In this document: piece by piece, positions 48,901 through 58,774 of the stretch | Position numbering within the stretch: the stretch's first letter is position 1 | Layout: each line of letters opens with the position of its first letter | IMG/VR virus record: IMGVR_UViG_3300025647_000027 | Coordinates: 5,936-69,935 of that record | Strand: one strand, 5' to 3' | Origin: a virus | Lineage: Duplodnaviria; Caudoviricetes | DNA length: 64,000 bases | Made by a program: the position numbers and the translations under genes | Notes under the pieces: model-generated | Told to the model about the DNA's origin: nothing | Databases searched by the model: none | The model's input: only the letters and a program-made list of their open reading frames with translations

Positions 48901-51900
48901 AAGTATTCAAGAAAATGATGGATGGTAAAGAGTTAGAGCCTAAGGAACTTAAACTTGCTGCTCAACCATTGAAAGGTGTGTATTTCGAAGTTAATGACGG
49001 ACGTCCTGTATATTTAAAATATTCACAGGCCGTACTAGTTCCTAGTTTAGTTAAGAACACTCCGATGCAAGCTCTATATAATAAGATGACAATAGATCCT
49101 GCAACAGGTGAGCCATTTGAAAATAAAAAAGATGAACTTCATGAAGTTATTACTCGTGACGGTGTAAAAGTTGGAGCAAAAGGAATAACAGATATTCACT
49201 CTAAAGACGGTGAGTTATTGGCAGAGTTTGAATTAAATTCAACTCCTTTAATTAATTCAGGTTGGAAATTACAACAAGATCTGCCTACAAAGCTTATTCA
49301 TGATACTCTTACTGGATCTCAAATCCAAAAGAACATATTAGCTGGTATTGACTTATCTTCTAAATTAGCTAACTATGAACTTAATGGTGAACCTAAAACT
49401 GGTAGAGAAATCATGCAAATGATTCATGATACTATTGGATCATTAGTTGGAGAAGGAAGAGAATCACTTGTAAATAAGTTCGGAATAGGAGAAGATAATA
49501 AGATTACTAATATGACGGCAGTCTATGAAGCTCTTATTGACGAATTTAAATCAAGAGGTGGAGATGAAAATATTATCTCAGCCTTAGAAAAAGAGATGTC
49601 ATTTGATGCTATTCCTCAATTAGCAGGAAGAGTACAAAGTATCTTTATGTCTATCTTTAATAAAGAACTTATTAAAGTTAAGACTAATGGAGGTTCTTTT
49701 ATTCAAGTATCACCATTTGGACTTGAGTCTGTTCAGGAAATTGTAAAAGATGACTCCGGTGAAGGTCCAACTAAAGTTCTTAGATCCGGTATCAAAATAG
49801 TATCTGATAACTATGATCCAAAAGGATTAAAGCCACCACGTATTGATAAAAAGACTGGAAAAGTTTTACCTGGTCAAGCAATGTTACCATATAGTGCAAT
49901 AAGAAGCGCTATTGATAAGTATAACAAACAATTTAAAAATGAGAATGATCCACAGAGAATAAATCCATGGAACATGTCAGCTGCTAAGCTTAAGGAAATT
50001 TTAGATCCTAGTGCACTACAAATGGTTGCTTATAGAATACCTAACCAAGGAATGTCTTCTAATGATCCTTTAGAGATTGTTGGTATACTTCCTCCTGAGT
50101 TAGGAGATAGTATTGTTGCTTACGATGCTGTACCTGGTAAGACTGGTAGTGACTTTGATATAGATAAGATGTATGTCATGACGCATCACCTTGAAGTGAG
50201 AGATGGAAAAATCCAAAAGGTACCAAGTAACATGGACTCCAAAAAAGGTAAGCAAAATATGCTAGTAGATTTATATACTAGTGTTCTTACTAGTCCTCAT
50301 ACTTACGATCAAATGATGACATCTATTGATGCTGGTTTCTTAAAGAATGATATCGTTGACTTATTTCCTCCAAAGGAATTAGGAAGCTTACAGTTTATGA
50401 GCCCTATGCAACAAATCAAGACTAAGTTTGAATACTTGTCTGGTAAGTTCGGTGTGGCCCAGACTGCAAACCAGTTAGTGGACCATGCAAGCAACCAAAG
50501 TTTAAACATTAGACTTAACGGATACTTAGGTATTGGACATAAAGACTCTAAAGGCAATACAAAGTTTGATAACATTACAGACACAGATGGTAAGAATAGC
50601 ATTAGTGATGTACTATCTGCATTCTTAAACGCGTATGTTGATATTGCAAAGGATCCTTATATTTCTCGTGGTAACCACAATGTTAATACAGCAAGTATTA
50701 CATTTATGTTGTTACGAGCAGGAGCCCCTGTATCATGGGTTAACAGGTTTGTAGGTCAACCTATTCTTAAAGATTTAGTTGATGTTATAAACATGTCTGA
50801 TGGCAAAACTGCAAGAAGATTAACTTTTGGAGACTCAGGTAAGACTGTAACTCCAATTGAGTATATTAGATTGCAATACGGTGTTAAGAAAGGTGATGCT
50901 ACTGAAACTGATGTTGCTGCTTTAAGCCCATCTAAGATGGAGACTGCAATTAAAAAAGAAGGCGCCCTTACTACTGAAGAGAAAATTGAACAAGGTAAGA
51001 TCCTGGATGTATTTGAATTCCTTCAAGATCATGCACGAGCTTTCAATGCCAGTGTATCTGCTGCTAAGGCTGATACCAAAGGTAATGGAGGTGGAGTTCT
51101 ACCTTTACATATTGCTAAAAATAAAGTGAATGCCGTTCTTAATGCTAAGAAAATATTAGGATATGCTTCTAAAGGGTTTACTGATGCACATGCTACCTCT
51201 ACTATGATGGGTCATTACTATCATAACGGAGTGTTATGGGTTAGTAAAGTTTTAGAATCTAGTGATTTATTCTTAGCTGGTAAGCAAGAAGTATTACATG
51301 CTTTTGACGGCGTATCTGAAGCTTTAGGAAAAGGATTATTAACTGATCCTGAATTAGGAAGAGTGTTAGAAAATTCTTTTAGATCTTACTCTATGTCTGG
51401 ATTATCTGTCTTTAAAGATAACAACTCAGATCATGACTTTTTATTTAAAGTTTTACCAGAACAAATTTCTGCACTTAAAGAAACTAATGATAATTTCTTA
51501 ATCCAAGAACTTAGAATAGAGACTTCAGGTGGATACGAATTCTTAGGGATAGATTCTAGAACAGCTACAAAAAGTTTTAACAATAGAATATATAGAGCGT
51601 GGTCTCAACTACTTAATTCTTCTGATCCGGCCGAAAGAAAGCTTGGAGTGGATTTAATAAGATACGCGTACTCACAATCTGGATTTAATAATAATTTAAA
51701 TCAATTCTTTTCACACATCCCACATAATTTCTTTGCAGAACAAGGTATTGCATTTGAGATTGATGAGATGTTTAGAACTATTGACAATATGGTTGCAGGT
51801 GAAGACTTTAAAGATCAAATGCTAAGACATCAATGGGATAATAAAACATTGGGTTCTAAATTAGTTCCTGAGCTTAGAGCTGATAAAATAAAAGGTTTCG

Positions 51901-54900
51901 GAGGTTTATTTAGTCTTGGAACCGGATTTATCAGTGACGAAGAAAAATATTCTGTTGCAGTTGATGTAGATTTTATGGGTAATAAAACATTCCCTAAATT
52001 TACAAAAGTAATGCTTAATCAAAAAGAAGTATATGATAAAGGTGCTATTCCAAATTATGGTTTATTCATATTAAGAGGAGAAGTTAATGGAAATCCTGTA
52101 TATACTCGTACACATAAGCTTGGACACAAATCTAGTAAAGGTAGTATATTCGAATACAATGAAAAAGAAGCTCCTACTAAGTCTGTTGTTGAAGGAAATA
52201 ATGTTCCTACTAAGATTAAGGGTGAGATTAGAGATATAATGAAACAACTTAGATCTGATCCTGGATTTATTGAGGAAAAAGATGCAATTACTATTCAAGA
52301 AAGTACTCCAAGTGAGAATGTTCGAGAAGTATCTAAGAAAATCATTAGTGATATTGATATAGCTTCATTTAAGAAAAGAATTAAAGATGGACAATTGCCT
52401 AGTGAACATTTTACTAATGACAGTGTATTTGCTGAAATCAAAAATTCTAAGACTGAAGGAAAAGGTAAAATGCCTCAGGATCACATGTGGATTAAAAATT
52501 CAAATGATAGATACGATATGATTGGTCAACAATCTGGTGAAATTATTGTTGCCAATGTTGACCTTGAAACTGGATTACAATATACAGAGGTAAATATAGA
52601 TAAAGCAGATAAAGCTCAAGAAGAAAGAATATTACCTAGTGATGACTATCAATTTGAAGAACTTCAAGTGTTTAATGCTAAGATAGCTCACTTACAAAGT
52701 AAAATGAACGTAGATGTTATTATGGATAGCACAGTTCCTACATCAAGAGTATTAGGAGCTTCAGATCCTAGAACAATTGCTGCTGGTAAACCTGTTATCT
52801 TAATTAATCCTAAGGCTATCTTTAAAACTACTGCTATTCACGAATTTGCGCATATCTTTATAGATGCATTTCCTGGTGGCTTAAAGAACAAAAGATTGCA
52901 GAAGGCATTACAAGAGCTTAAGAGAACAGGATTGTACGATGAAGTAAAAGAAGGTTATCCTGAGCTGAGTGATGAGATGTTTGAGAAAGAACTTTTGGCC
53001 ACTGCAATTGGTAGAGAAGGTGTTGACATTTGGGATAGCAATGAAAAAGCTGGAATGTGGACAGCATTTAAAAATTGGTTCTTTGACTTCTTAAGAAGAG
53101 CTTTTGGATTAAATCAAAGCGAAGTAACAAGCTTAACAAAAGAGTTATTAAACAATACTGTTAAGACTGATTTGCTAGCAAACTTATCGGAACAGGATCA
53201 ACAAGAGAAGAATTTCGGACAACAAGAAGAAAAAGATGAAGAAGTTGTTGAACTTGAAAACACTTATAATCAAATTGTTTCTTCTATTGCTAACTTGAGA
53301 CAAGCTATTGAGCCTCGTACTAAAAAAGAACTTAAGGTTGAAGAATCTAAAAAGGCTGGATTAGAGAAAGGTGAGAAAACTAAATATCAAGAAGTTAAAG
53401 CTTTAGATGAGAAATTAACTGATGAGATGAGTAGGCTTAATGAAACAGCTAACTCAAGAGCAATGCTTAGATATGTTGCATTTTCACAGAAGAGTGTTAA
53501 TGAATACAAATCACTTGTTAGTAGGTTAACTGAAAGAGGTAAATTAACTCCTGAGGACATCAAGAATATTAAATTCTTTACATCTGTATTCACTATGATT
53601 CCTGATGTTAAGCAATTGATGTTAGAGCAATATGAAAAAGGATATCTTAAAGATAACAATGGTCAAAAGAAAAAGAGAATGGCCGTACTTGATAAGATTA
53701 TAGCTGATTATGATACTTTAAATCAAGAGATGTTAGGTGTTTCAAGAAGAATATACGCGCAAACAATGGTAGAGCATTCTAATGAGCACGTAACTGCTTG
53801 GAGAAAGAAATTTGAGAAGCAATATGCTGATCTTGAGTCTAGAAATGCTACTCCTGATGAGAACATGTATGTCTGGGTTAACGCTAAGATGACAGCAAAT
53901 AAAGATAAGATTGAAAGTGAAGCGCTTAAGTTCTATGAGAACCAGGCTAAGAAATCTTTATCAGATATTCATGCATCCACCGGGTGGTTGGTTTCTGAAA
54001 AGAACATAGCTAATGCTGAAATTCAAACAGTTTCTAGAATGATAGATGCTGCTGATTTTGAAGTTGACAGATGGGTCCAAGCTCAAGCAAAAGAAGTAGA
54101 AGATTCTTATAAAGAGTTCTCTAAAGACTATGCTAGCTCACTCGGAACAGAAGGAAGATATAAGAAATTTGTTGATCAAACTGATGAAGGATCTTATTTG
54201 ATATCAGAATACAAAGCAGATTTCTTAGCTAAATACTATGAGGCTAATTCGTGGATGAATAAAAATGTATACGAGGAAAAGTTTGCAGGAATAGAAGTTA
54301 CGAAAGATGGTAAATATACATATAATGGAGAAACTAAAGAACTTCTTTTACCTCGTAATGGATTAAAAGTCGAAGGTACTCATGTGTTTTATACCGAAGC
54401 TGGAATAACCCACTCAATGACACTTCAAGAGGCTATTGGAAAGAGTGAGCGTGCTTACTGGGTTGAAGAGAATACTGATACTCAAAAGACATCATATGGA
54501 TTGGATCTTAAGCCTAAGAAATCAATATGGGCTAATCCTGCTTATGAAGAATTATCTGTTAAAGACAGGGAGCACTTGAAATCTATGAGAAAAATGATAT
54601 TAGACGCGCATGTCTTAACTGAAGGTAAGCAAACTCTAATTGAAAAAGCAGGTGTTGCTGATTTTTATAGATTACCAGGCGTAACAAGATCTAGTAAGGC
54701 TAGAGCTCTTGCAGGTGATTTAAAATCTCTTGTTAGTGACAGTGTAACTGACATGTTCAAGAAGAAAGAAGATGAATTTGAATTAGAAGCTGAAGGAACT
54801 AAAGCTGCTGACAAAGGAAAGAATTCTATTCGCAGAATGGCTGACCTTACTAATAAGCAGAAGTATGATGTTCCTATTCCGTTCAGAGCTAAGCTTAGCA

Positions 54901-56546
54901 AAGCAGATCAAAGTCTAGATATTCACACTATCTTACTTATGAATTTGAAAGAAGCTAAGAACTATGAGCAAAAGAAAAAGCTTGAAGCTCAAGTGCATGT
55001 TATGATTGATGTTATGAGTAATAGACTTATTCCTAACCATTCAGGATTACAGAAGCTTGCAGTTATGCACGGGTTCAGTAGAGATAAAGAGATTCAAATG
55101 CATTTACCTAAGGAGCAATTGCCTGAGGATGTTAAGACTCTTATTTCTATAATGGAAAGTAGAATCTATGGAATAAAAGAGAAAGATGCAGGGTCCGCTG
55201 CTGGCGTAAATATGCAAAAGGCCACAACAACTCTCTTAAAATACGCAGGTAGTGTAGCTCTTATTGGTAACTTCGTTAACTCTTTTGTTAATGCAACTAC
55301 TGGTACAGTTAACAACTTAATAGAAGCATGGGGTGGTGAAACATATAATCTTACTAACTGGAAGAATGCTGGTGTTAAATACTGGAAAGATTCTAAAGGA
55401 TTAGTAGATGATATTGGATCTAATGTAAACTCTTCAAGAACTAACATGATGTTGGATGTATTCAACGTATTAGGTTCAAGAGAAAGTTTAAATAACAATT
55501 TCGAAGATAATAGTAGATTAAAATCTATGATGAACACTAGTAAGCTACGTCCAATAGCACAAGGCGGTGAGCATATGATGCAATCTAAAGTGATGTACGC
55601 AGTCTTGGATAATATTAAAGTTCTAAACAAGAAGGGGGAATATCTAGATAAAAATGGTAACGTGACAAAAGATGTCGCCAAGGCTGCCACTTTAGATGAA
55701 GTTATGTATTTTGAAAGAGATAAGAAAGGAGAATCAGTAGCTAAGCTTCCTGCTTGGGTTGCCGCAACTACTTTTTCACCTCAACCGGGTAAGCAGGATG
55801 AAATACTTGTTGACGCGAGAGGCCTAATTAAGAAAAAAATCATAGACTTACATGGTAACTATGATAATGATCTTAAGAATAAAGCTCAACGTGAATGGTG
55901 GGGTAAACTATTATTCTTCTTGAAAAAATGGATGGAGTCAACTACTCTTCGTAGATTTAGAGGCTATGCAACAGCGCTTAAGAAATCTGAAGAATTGAGA
56001 GATGTAGATAAATATTACTCTGAAGATATGAAACAATATCAAGAGGGATATTATATTACAGCTGCAAGGTTTATAAAGAATTCTTTATTACCTGCTGCAA
56101 AAGAACTTAAGTTCGAAGCTATAACAGCTGATTACAAGAATATGTCTAAACATGAGAAAGCTAATATGAGAAGATTAGTTGCTGAATTTGGTATGATGAC
56201 ATTGACGCTATTGGCTTATGCAGCCATGGGAGGATTTGACGATGAGCCAGATGATGAGACTTTAATGGCCAGATACTTCTTAAGAAGAGAGTTATCAGAA
56301 CTAACGTTCTATTTAAATCCTGCTGAAACTATTAAGTTGATGAAGAATCCAACAGCCAGTGTATCTGTTATAGAGAGATACACTAAAGTTCTTGGACAGT
56401 TCATGTCACCAACTGAGCGTTATGAGCAAGGTAGAAATGAAGGAAGGCTTAAGTTATGGGTGAAGACTAAGAAAGCTTTACCTTATTGGGCCCAAACTGA
56501 AAAAGATTATAAAGCATCACTGCGTTTCTTGCAGATTATGGATTAA
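45996..56546 (+). CDS. Virion-packaged RNA polymerase fused to a zincin-like domain and a large C-terminal region
   Basis: TDAQ, YRIPNQG (~50031) and catalytic GSDFDIDK (DFDIDK at 50151-50168), AYVDIAKD, as in crAss-like vRNAPs such as phi14:2 gp66; HEFAH at 52839-52853. Confidence 0.92.
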   Translation: MGKNSNCIGAMKFEEKLVTILGTQELANAEARRIASDSFKQVFGDWENNKDAKWTDKQGALRQDDNGYPRLFKSGNQFYYKLKNGKKDFLNKIKFPEIDPDDVFEITNQLRYELFSTKEGFDFNNIENIKGLKIAESIQSSIDAYRAENVGDPDAQMRADLIEKYKEDFVIEVRTQIEDMGLTSSKRIKAGARKDQIVDLTDENGNPEGEMAEEDKSTGMNFAESFTKNSKDTASVNVKLLLSTVLDTKRELRKNPDGTPYVNENGKNEMVISTVPGRFLGKPQFVEFDDVWTTLEPMLADLVNFNLGGDVQDVFDLMVEKLEGLKLVKPWTEGLVDRLKELNTSEKIGERNKITEFFQAFSKAQLDYYVTEVNGRNIKVINASSTNSRSSKLKAEWGRNFRKKFLTSKGKMNKAVDVEQISDMITESKKKFISQVGTRGTTASKIKSISENLPILMGAMNALGINVNNLDMRNFILQVSDPEKRYGEVKALYEGMERTMAIIKDDKAPFVVAGEFKNPFDDQLVLGRLATARGLSAIQLSENTIVGNEGKTYWTYSSLSYLHNKLNAWKQQAGVDDTMDIQALASLTYNKNSRWLKYLLAADIVNDSEREAKSLERIQDVQIGLSSSMKSKNKNDGVDNTKITIADAINDSMVKILGKKASAQKSLFPTIVPADKSRKMDLAGFEMFETGIVYTNGKGTEVDDATSDIFIDYFEDEFNRMAEAADEIDNLPDSEKIEHYHTKSMNALQSQLFPEFSPAEASKEVKAILYDKNRPKKSTISGLSKTQKEALRPFVVQAIKDRMKETLQELRKNKIIEVDPKEKGGLKALTIDKSLMASYESQSSPVHTMVGDYVVNGLISTIEYTKLFSGDPAYYKNQSDLIKRIPATYTDGLQLRLSENDHKYFNQATVNGVEVASKYMKEIRDSLTDKKLIEAYKNVNTTDAQAWITPHRWKFLKERLGQWGAQHEKVFKKMMDGKELEPKELKLAAQPLKGVYFEVNDGRPVYLKYSQAVLVPSLVKNTPMQALYNKMTIDPATGEPFENKKDELHEVITRDGVKVGAKGITDIHSKDGELLAEFELNSTPLINSGWKLQQDLPTKLIHDTLTGSQIQKNILAGIDLSSKLANYELNGEPKTGREIMQMIHDTIGSLVGEGRESLVNKFGIGEDNKITNMTAVYEALIDEFKSRGGDENIISALEKEMSFDAIPQLAGRVQSIFMSIFNKELIKVKTNGGSFIQVSPFGLESVQEIVKDDSGEGPTKVLRSGIKIVSDNYDPKGLKPPRIDKKTGKVLPGQAMLPYSAIRSAIDKYNKQFKNENDPQRINPWNMSAAKLKEILDPSALQMVAYRIPNQGMSSNDPLEIVGILPPELGDSIVAYDAVPGKTGSDFDIDKMYVMTHHLEVRDGKIQKVPSNMDSKKGKQNMLVDLYTSVLTSPHTYDQMMTSIDAGFLKNDIVDLFPPKELGSLQFMSPMQQIKTKFEYLSGKFGVAQTANQLVDHASNQSLNIRLNGYLGIGHKDSKGNTKFDNITDTDGKNSISDVLSAFLNAYVDIAKDPYISRGNHNVNTASITFMLLRAGAPVSWVNRFVGQPILKDLVDVINMSDGKTARRLTFGDSGKTVTPIEYIRLQYGVKKGDATETDVAALSPSKMETAIKKEGALTTEEKIEQGKILDVFEFLQDHARAFNASVSAAKADTKGNGGGVLPLHIAKNKVNAVLNAKKILGYASKGFTDAHATSTMMGHYYHNGVLWVSKVLESSDLFLAGKQEVLHAFDGVSEALGKGLLTDPELGRVLENSFRSYSMSGLSVFKDNNSDHDFLFKVLPEQISALKETNDNFLIQELRIETSGGYEFLGIDSRTATKSFNNRIYRAWSQLLNSSDPAERKLGVDLIRYAYSQSGFNNNLNQFFSHIPHNFFAEQGIAFEIDEMFRTIDNMVAGEDFKDQMLRHQWDNKTLGSKLVPELRADKIKGFGGLFSLGTGFISDEEKYSVAVDVDFMGNKTFPKFTKVMLNQKEVYDKGAIPNYGLFILRGEVNGNPVYTRTHKLGHKSSKGSIFEYNEKEAPTKSVVEGNNVPTKIKGEIRDIMKQLRSDPGFIEEKDAITIQESTPSENVREVSKKIISDIDIASFKKRIKDGQLPSEHFTNDSVFAEIKNSKTEGKGKMPQDHMWIKNSNDRYDMIGQQSGEIIVANVDLETGLQYTEVNIDKADKAQEERILPSDDYQFEELQVFNAKIAHLQSKMNVDVIMDSTVPTSRVLGASDPRTIAAGKPVILINPKAIFKTTAIHEFAHIFIDAFPGGLKNKRLQKALQELKRTGLYDEVKEGYPELSDEMFEKELLATAIGREGVDIWDSNEKAGMWTAFKNWFFDFLRRAFGLNQSEVTSLTKELLNNTVKTDLLANLSEQDQQEKNFGQQEEKDEEVVELENTYNQIVSSIANLRQAIEPRTKKELKVEESKKAGLEKGEKTKYQEVKALDEKLTDEMSRLNETANSRAMLRYVAFSQKSVNEYKSLVSRLTERGKLTPEDIKNIKFFTSVFTMIPDVKQLMLEQYEKGYLKDNNGQKKKRMAVLDKIIADYDTLNQEMLGVSRRIYAQTMVEHSNEHVTAWRKKFEKQYADLESRNATPDENMYVWVNAKMTANKDKIESEALKFYENQAKKSLSDIHASTGWLVSEKNIANAEIQTVSRMIDAADFEVDRWVQAQAKEVEDSYKEFSKDYASSLGTEGRYKKFVDQTDEGSYLISEYKADFLAKYYEANSWMNKNVYEEKFAGIEVTKDGKYTYNGETKELLLPRNGLKVEGTHVFYTEAGITHSMTLQEAIGKSERAYWVEENTDTQKTSYGLDLKPKKSIWANPAYEELSVKDREHLKSMRKMILDAHVLTEGKQTLIEKAGVADFYRLPGVTRSSKARALAGDLKSLVSDSVTDMFKKKEDEFELEAEGTKAADKGKNSIRRMADLTNKQKYDVPIPFRAKLSKADQSLDIHTILLMNLKEAKNYEQKKKLEAQVHVMIDVMSNRLIPNHSGLQKLAVMHGFSRDKEIQMHLPKEQLPEDVKTLISIMESRIYGIKEKDAGSAAGVNMQKATTTLLKYAGSVALIGNFVNSFVNATTGTVNNLIEAWGGETYNLTNWKNAGVKYWKDSKGLVDDIGSNVNSSRTNMMLDVFNVLGSRESLNNNFEDNSRLKSMMNTSKLRPIAQGGEHMMQSKVMYAVLDNIKVLNKKGEYLDKNGNVTKDVAKAATLDEVMYFERDKKGESVAKLPAWVAATTFSPQPGKQDEILVDARGLIKKKIIDLHGNYDNDLKNKAQREWWGKLLFFLKKWMESTTLRRFRGYATALKKSEELRDVDKYYSEDMKQYQEGYYITAARFIKNSLLPAAKELKFEAITADYKNMSKHEKANMRRLVAEFGMMTLTLLAYAAMGGFDDEPDDETLMARYFLRRELSELTFYLNPAETIKLMKNPTASVSVIERYTKVLGQFMSPTERYEQGRNEGRLKLWVKTKKALPYWAQTEKDYKASLRFLQIMD

Positions 56547-56571
56547 TCATTTTTAAGTTTCATGTAATAAA

Positions 56572-56610
56572 AAAAAACTCCTGTTGGTCATTAGCCTTCA
56601 GGAGTTTTTT
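56572..56610. terminator. Bidirectional terminator where the two genome arms converge
   Basis: AAAAAACTCCTG...CAGGAGTTTTTT inverted repeat with A- and T-runs on either side. Confidence 0.85.
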
Positions 56611-56642
56611 ACGCGGTCTTTCAAAACACAGCCAAGGAGATG

Positions 56643-56886
56643 TTACTCTCCGAGTATACTATTAATGTTAGTTATAACATTTTCATTAGCAATCACTTCA
56701 GCCTTAAGGCTGTCTTGTGCTAATTTTAATTCTTCTGCTTGTTTACGTAAGTTGCTATCTTCTTCTAACATAGCCTCATTACTTTTACTTAAATTATTTT
56801 TCAAAGCTGCAAAATATTGATTTGTGGCTTTGAGATTTAGAGATTAATTTCTCTGCTGTACTTGTATTTGTTGTTGTATTAAACAT
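56643..56886 (-). pseudogene. Frameshifted coiled-coil protein gene
   Basis: MFNTTTNTSTAEKLISKSQ.. continues in the +1 frame as ..ATNQYFAALKNNL...NINSILGE*; length 244 = 3n+1. Confidence 0.55.
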
Positions 56887-56893
56887 TTTAATT

Positions 56894-57376
56894 TTAATTT
56901 TGTTTATTGAATAATTTCTTTATTAATAATCCTTCTCCTGTTGAGGGAGGTGTGTGCGGTGGTTGAGGTATTGATGTTACAGGTGTGGTAGCATGAACTA
57001 TTCCTTGTGTGTTCTTTGTAATACCCATACTCTGCATCATCTTTTGAGCAGTTTGTTCAACATCCCTGTCTTCTGCTTCTTTCACCAAACCACCTTCTTT
57101 CATATCAGTCCACGTTTGCTTGTGTTTTAAAAACACTATCTTACCAGTTTTTGATCCAATAACAGCATTGTGAAGAGACATTACACCGAAGTGTTCGTCA
57201 TCTAAGGCTAGTATTCCAGTCTTAGGCTCATACCCGTAGATTCCTTCAGGTATTCCCATAAAGGTTTCTGTAACGTGCATGTGTGTAACATCAAATGGTT
57301 TTGTAACTACTTGACAGTCTTCTAAGAAGTAGTCAATATACGCTCCATATGATTTCTTTGCTTTTTTATTTAACAT
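56894..57376 (-). CDS. Hypothetical protein
   Basis: 160 aa ORF in a packed minus-strand operon. Confidence 0.7.
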   Translation of the reverse strand: MLNKKAKKSYGAYIDYFLEDCQVVTKPFDVTHMHVTETFMGIPEGIYGYEPKTGILALDDEHFGVMSLHNAVIGSKTGKIVFLKHKQTWTDMKEGGLVKEAEDRDVEQTAQKMMQSMGITKNTQGIVHATTPVTSIPQPPHTPPSTGEGLLIKKLFNKQN

Positions 57377-57690
57377 TTATCTTTTTTTATTATTGGTAAA
57401 AATCCTAATTCTCTTAATGATTCATGATCAGATGGAAATGTATGAGTGTCATATCCATCCTTTATGCAACATTCGCTTACAACAATAATTTGCCCATCCT
57501 CTCTTCCTGGGCTTCTAAAACCATCTATCTTATAGGTTCTTCCTGCAATTGCGTAAGGAACAGGATTACCATCATCATCTACATCGTCATCCATATAACC
57601 TGTCTTGGTACAAAGAAGATGTGTAGCATTCCTTGTGTTAAGAGCTATCTTATGAATTATGCTTTCTTTCTTTTTACCAATTATCCCCAT
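57370..57690 (-). CDS. Hypothetical protein
   Basis: 106 aa ORF overlapping its neighbours. Confidence 0.65.
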   Translation of the reverse strand: MGIIGKKKESIIHKIALNTRNATHLLCTKTGYMDDDVDDDGNPVPYAIAGRTYKIDGFRSPGREDGQIIVVSECCIKDGYDTHTFPSDHESLRELGFLPIIKKDKC

Positions 57691-57869
57691 TAGAACAAGT
57701 TTATAATGAAATCTTGTCTTGCTTTTTGAGCTTGTACTAATGTATCATATTCTCCTACGTACATTGAGTGTTTTGTTGCATTAGAGCTTTTACCTCTGTA
57801 ATCTACTCTTGCTTCAAATTTTCCTTTGGATAAAACTCTTATCCCTTTACTTATAGCTGTCTTTGCCAT
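57690..57869 (-). CDS. Stand-alone AP2-like DNA-binding protein (59 aa, not in the ORF track)
   Basis: MAKTAISKGIRVLSKGKFEARVDYRGKSSNATKHSMYVGEYDTLVQAQKARQDFIINLF*; fits the AP2 pattern G..KxxAxI....LGxFxTxxxAxxAR. Confidence 0.65.
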   Translation of the reverse strand: MAKTAISKGIRVLSKGKFEARVDYRGKSSNATKHSMYVGEYDTLVQAQKARQDFIINLF

Positions 57870-57925
57870 TTTTATTTAATTTTAATTTAACAATCATTAT
57901 ATCTGTCCTCAAAGTCTTGAAGTTG

Positions 57926-58140
57926 TCATTCAATATCTAAGTCAGGTTCTATCTTATCTTTTATTTTTCCAGGACTGCACATTGCGCAACTACATGGTTT
58001 GCCTGTTGTCTTATATATGTGTAATTTATGTTTTTCATTATCAGATAAAGAGTCAATATTTACATGTAGATTTTTTTAATTCTCTTCTTTTGTTTTAGCC
58101 TTCCAAGCTCTCTTCTTCTTTCTTTATTTATTTTATTCAT
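57926..58140 (-). pseudogene. Frameshifted small Cys-motif protein gene
   Basis: MNKINKERRRELGRLKQKKRIK then a -1 shift at an A7 tract (58071-58077) into NLHVN...KTTGKPCSCAMCSPGK...DIE*; length 215 = 3n-1. Confidence 0.55.
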
Positions 58141-58151
58141 TTTATTCATTT

Positions 58152-58469
58152 TTAAAAAGGTATATTTTTTCCATACTCTTCAGGTTTAATATAACCCTTA
58201 GCTATTTTACTTTTTCTGATCCAATCTTTTGTCTTTTGAGACATAGATGAAATACATCTTCTTTCATTTTCGGGGTCGAACATGTTTAATATGAATAAAT
58301 AATTGTCATCGTGATTCTCAATACCATCTATTCTTTCTACTTTTCCGGTCACATATCCATGTGTATTGTCAAAATTATCAAACCAGTATTGCCTAGCTCT
58401 GTTTTTAACCTCTGCAAACACATCATCCGGAGGAGCAGTATCATATATACTTCTCTTCTTCTTTAACAT
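58152..58469 (-). CDS. Hypothetical protein
   Basis: 105 aa ORF. Confidence 0.7.
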   Translation of the reverse strand: MLKKKRSIYDTAPPDDVFAEVKNRARQYWFDNFDNTHGYVTGKVERIDGIENHDDNYLFILNMFDPENERRCISSMSQKTKDWIRKSKIAKGYIKPEEYGKNIPF

Positions 58470-58473
58470 ATAC

Positions 58474-58773
58474 TTAATTTTCTTTTTTTAAATTATATAT
58501 TCTCTCATATTCAGCATCAATTGCCGCAATATAAGCTATTACATCATTAGGATCTTTTTGATCATAAAGTCTACTGCTTAATGGTAAGAATTTCTCTCCC
58601 TTCTGTTTAAATACTTTTACCATTTGAGTATTACGAGATTGAGCAGCAGCATATAAGGTAAAACCTTCTTTATTACACCACCTCATAGCGTCAATATTCC
58701 TATGATAAAATCTCCTTCTGTTCTCTTTTAACTCAGCCTCTTTCTTAAGGCGTTGTTGTTGTTTGTTTATCAC
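58474..58773 (-). CDS. Hypothetical protein
   Basis: 99 aa ORF with GTG start. Confidence 0.65.
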   Translation of the reverse strand: MINKQQQRLKKEAELKENRRRFYHRNIDAMRWCNKEGFTLYAAAQSRNTQMVKVFKQKGEKFLPLSSRLYDQKDPNDVIAYIAAIDAEYERIYNLKKEN

Positions 58774-58774
58774 A

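Noticed and set aside
3703-55690. Many minus-strand ORFs antisense to the structural genes, and short nested + strand ORFs
   Set aside because: Shadow frames of long real genes with no recognisable motifs
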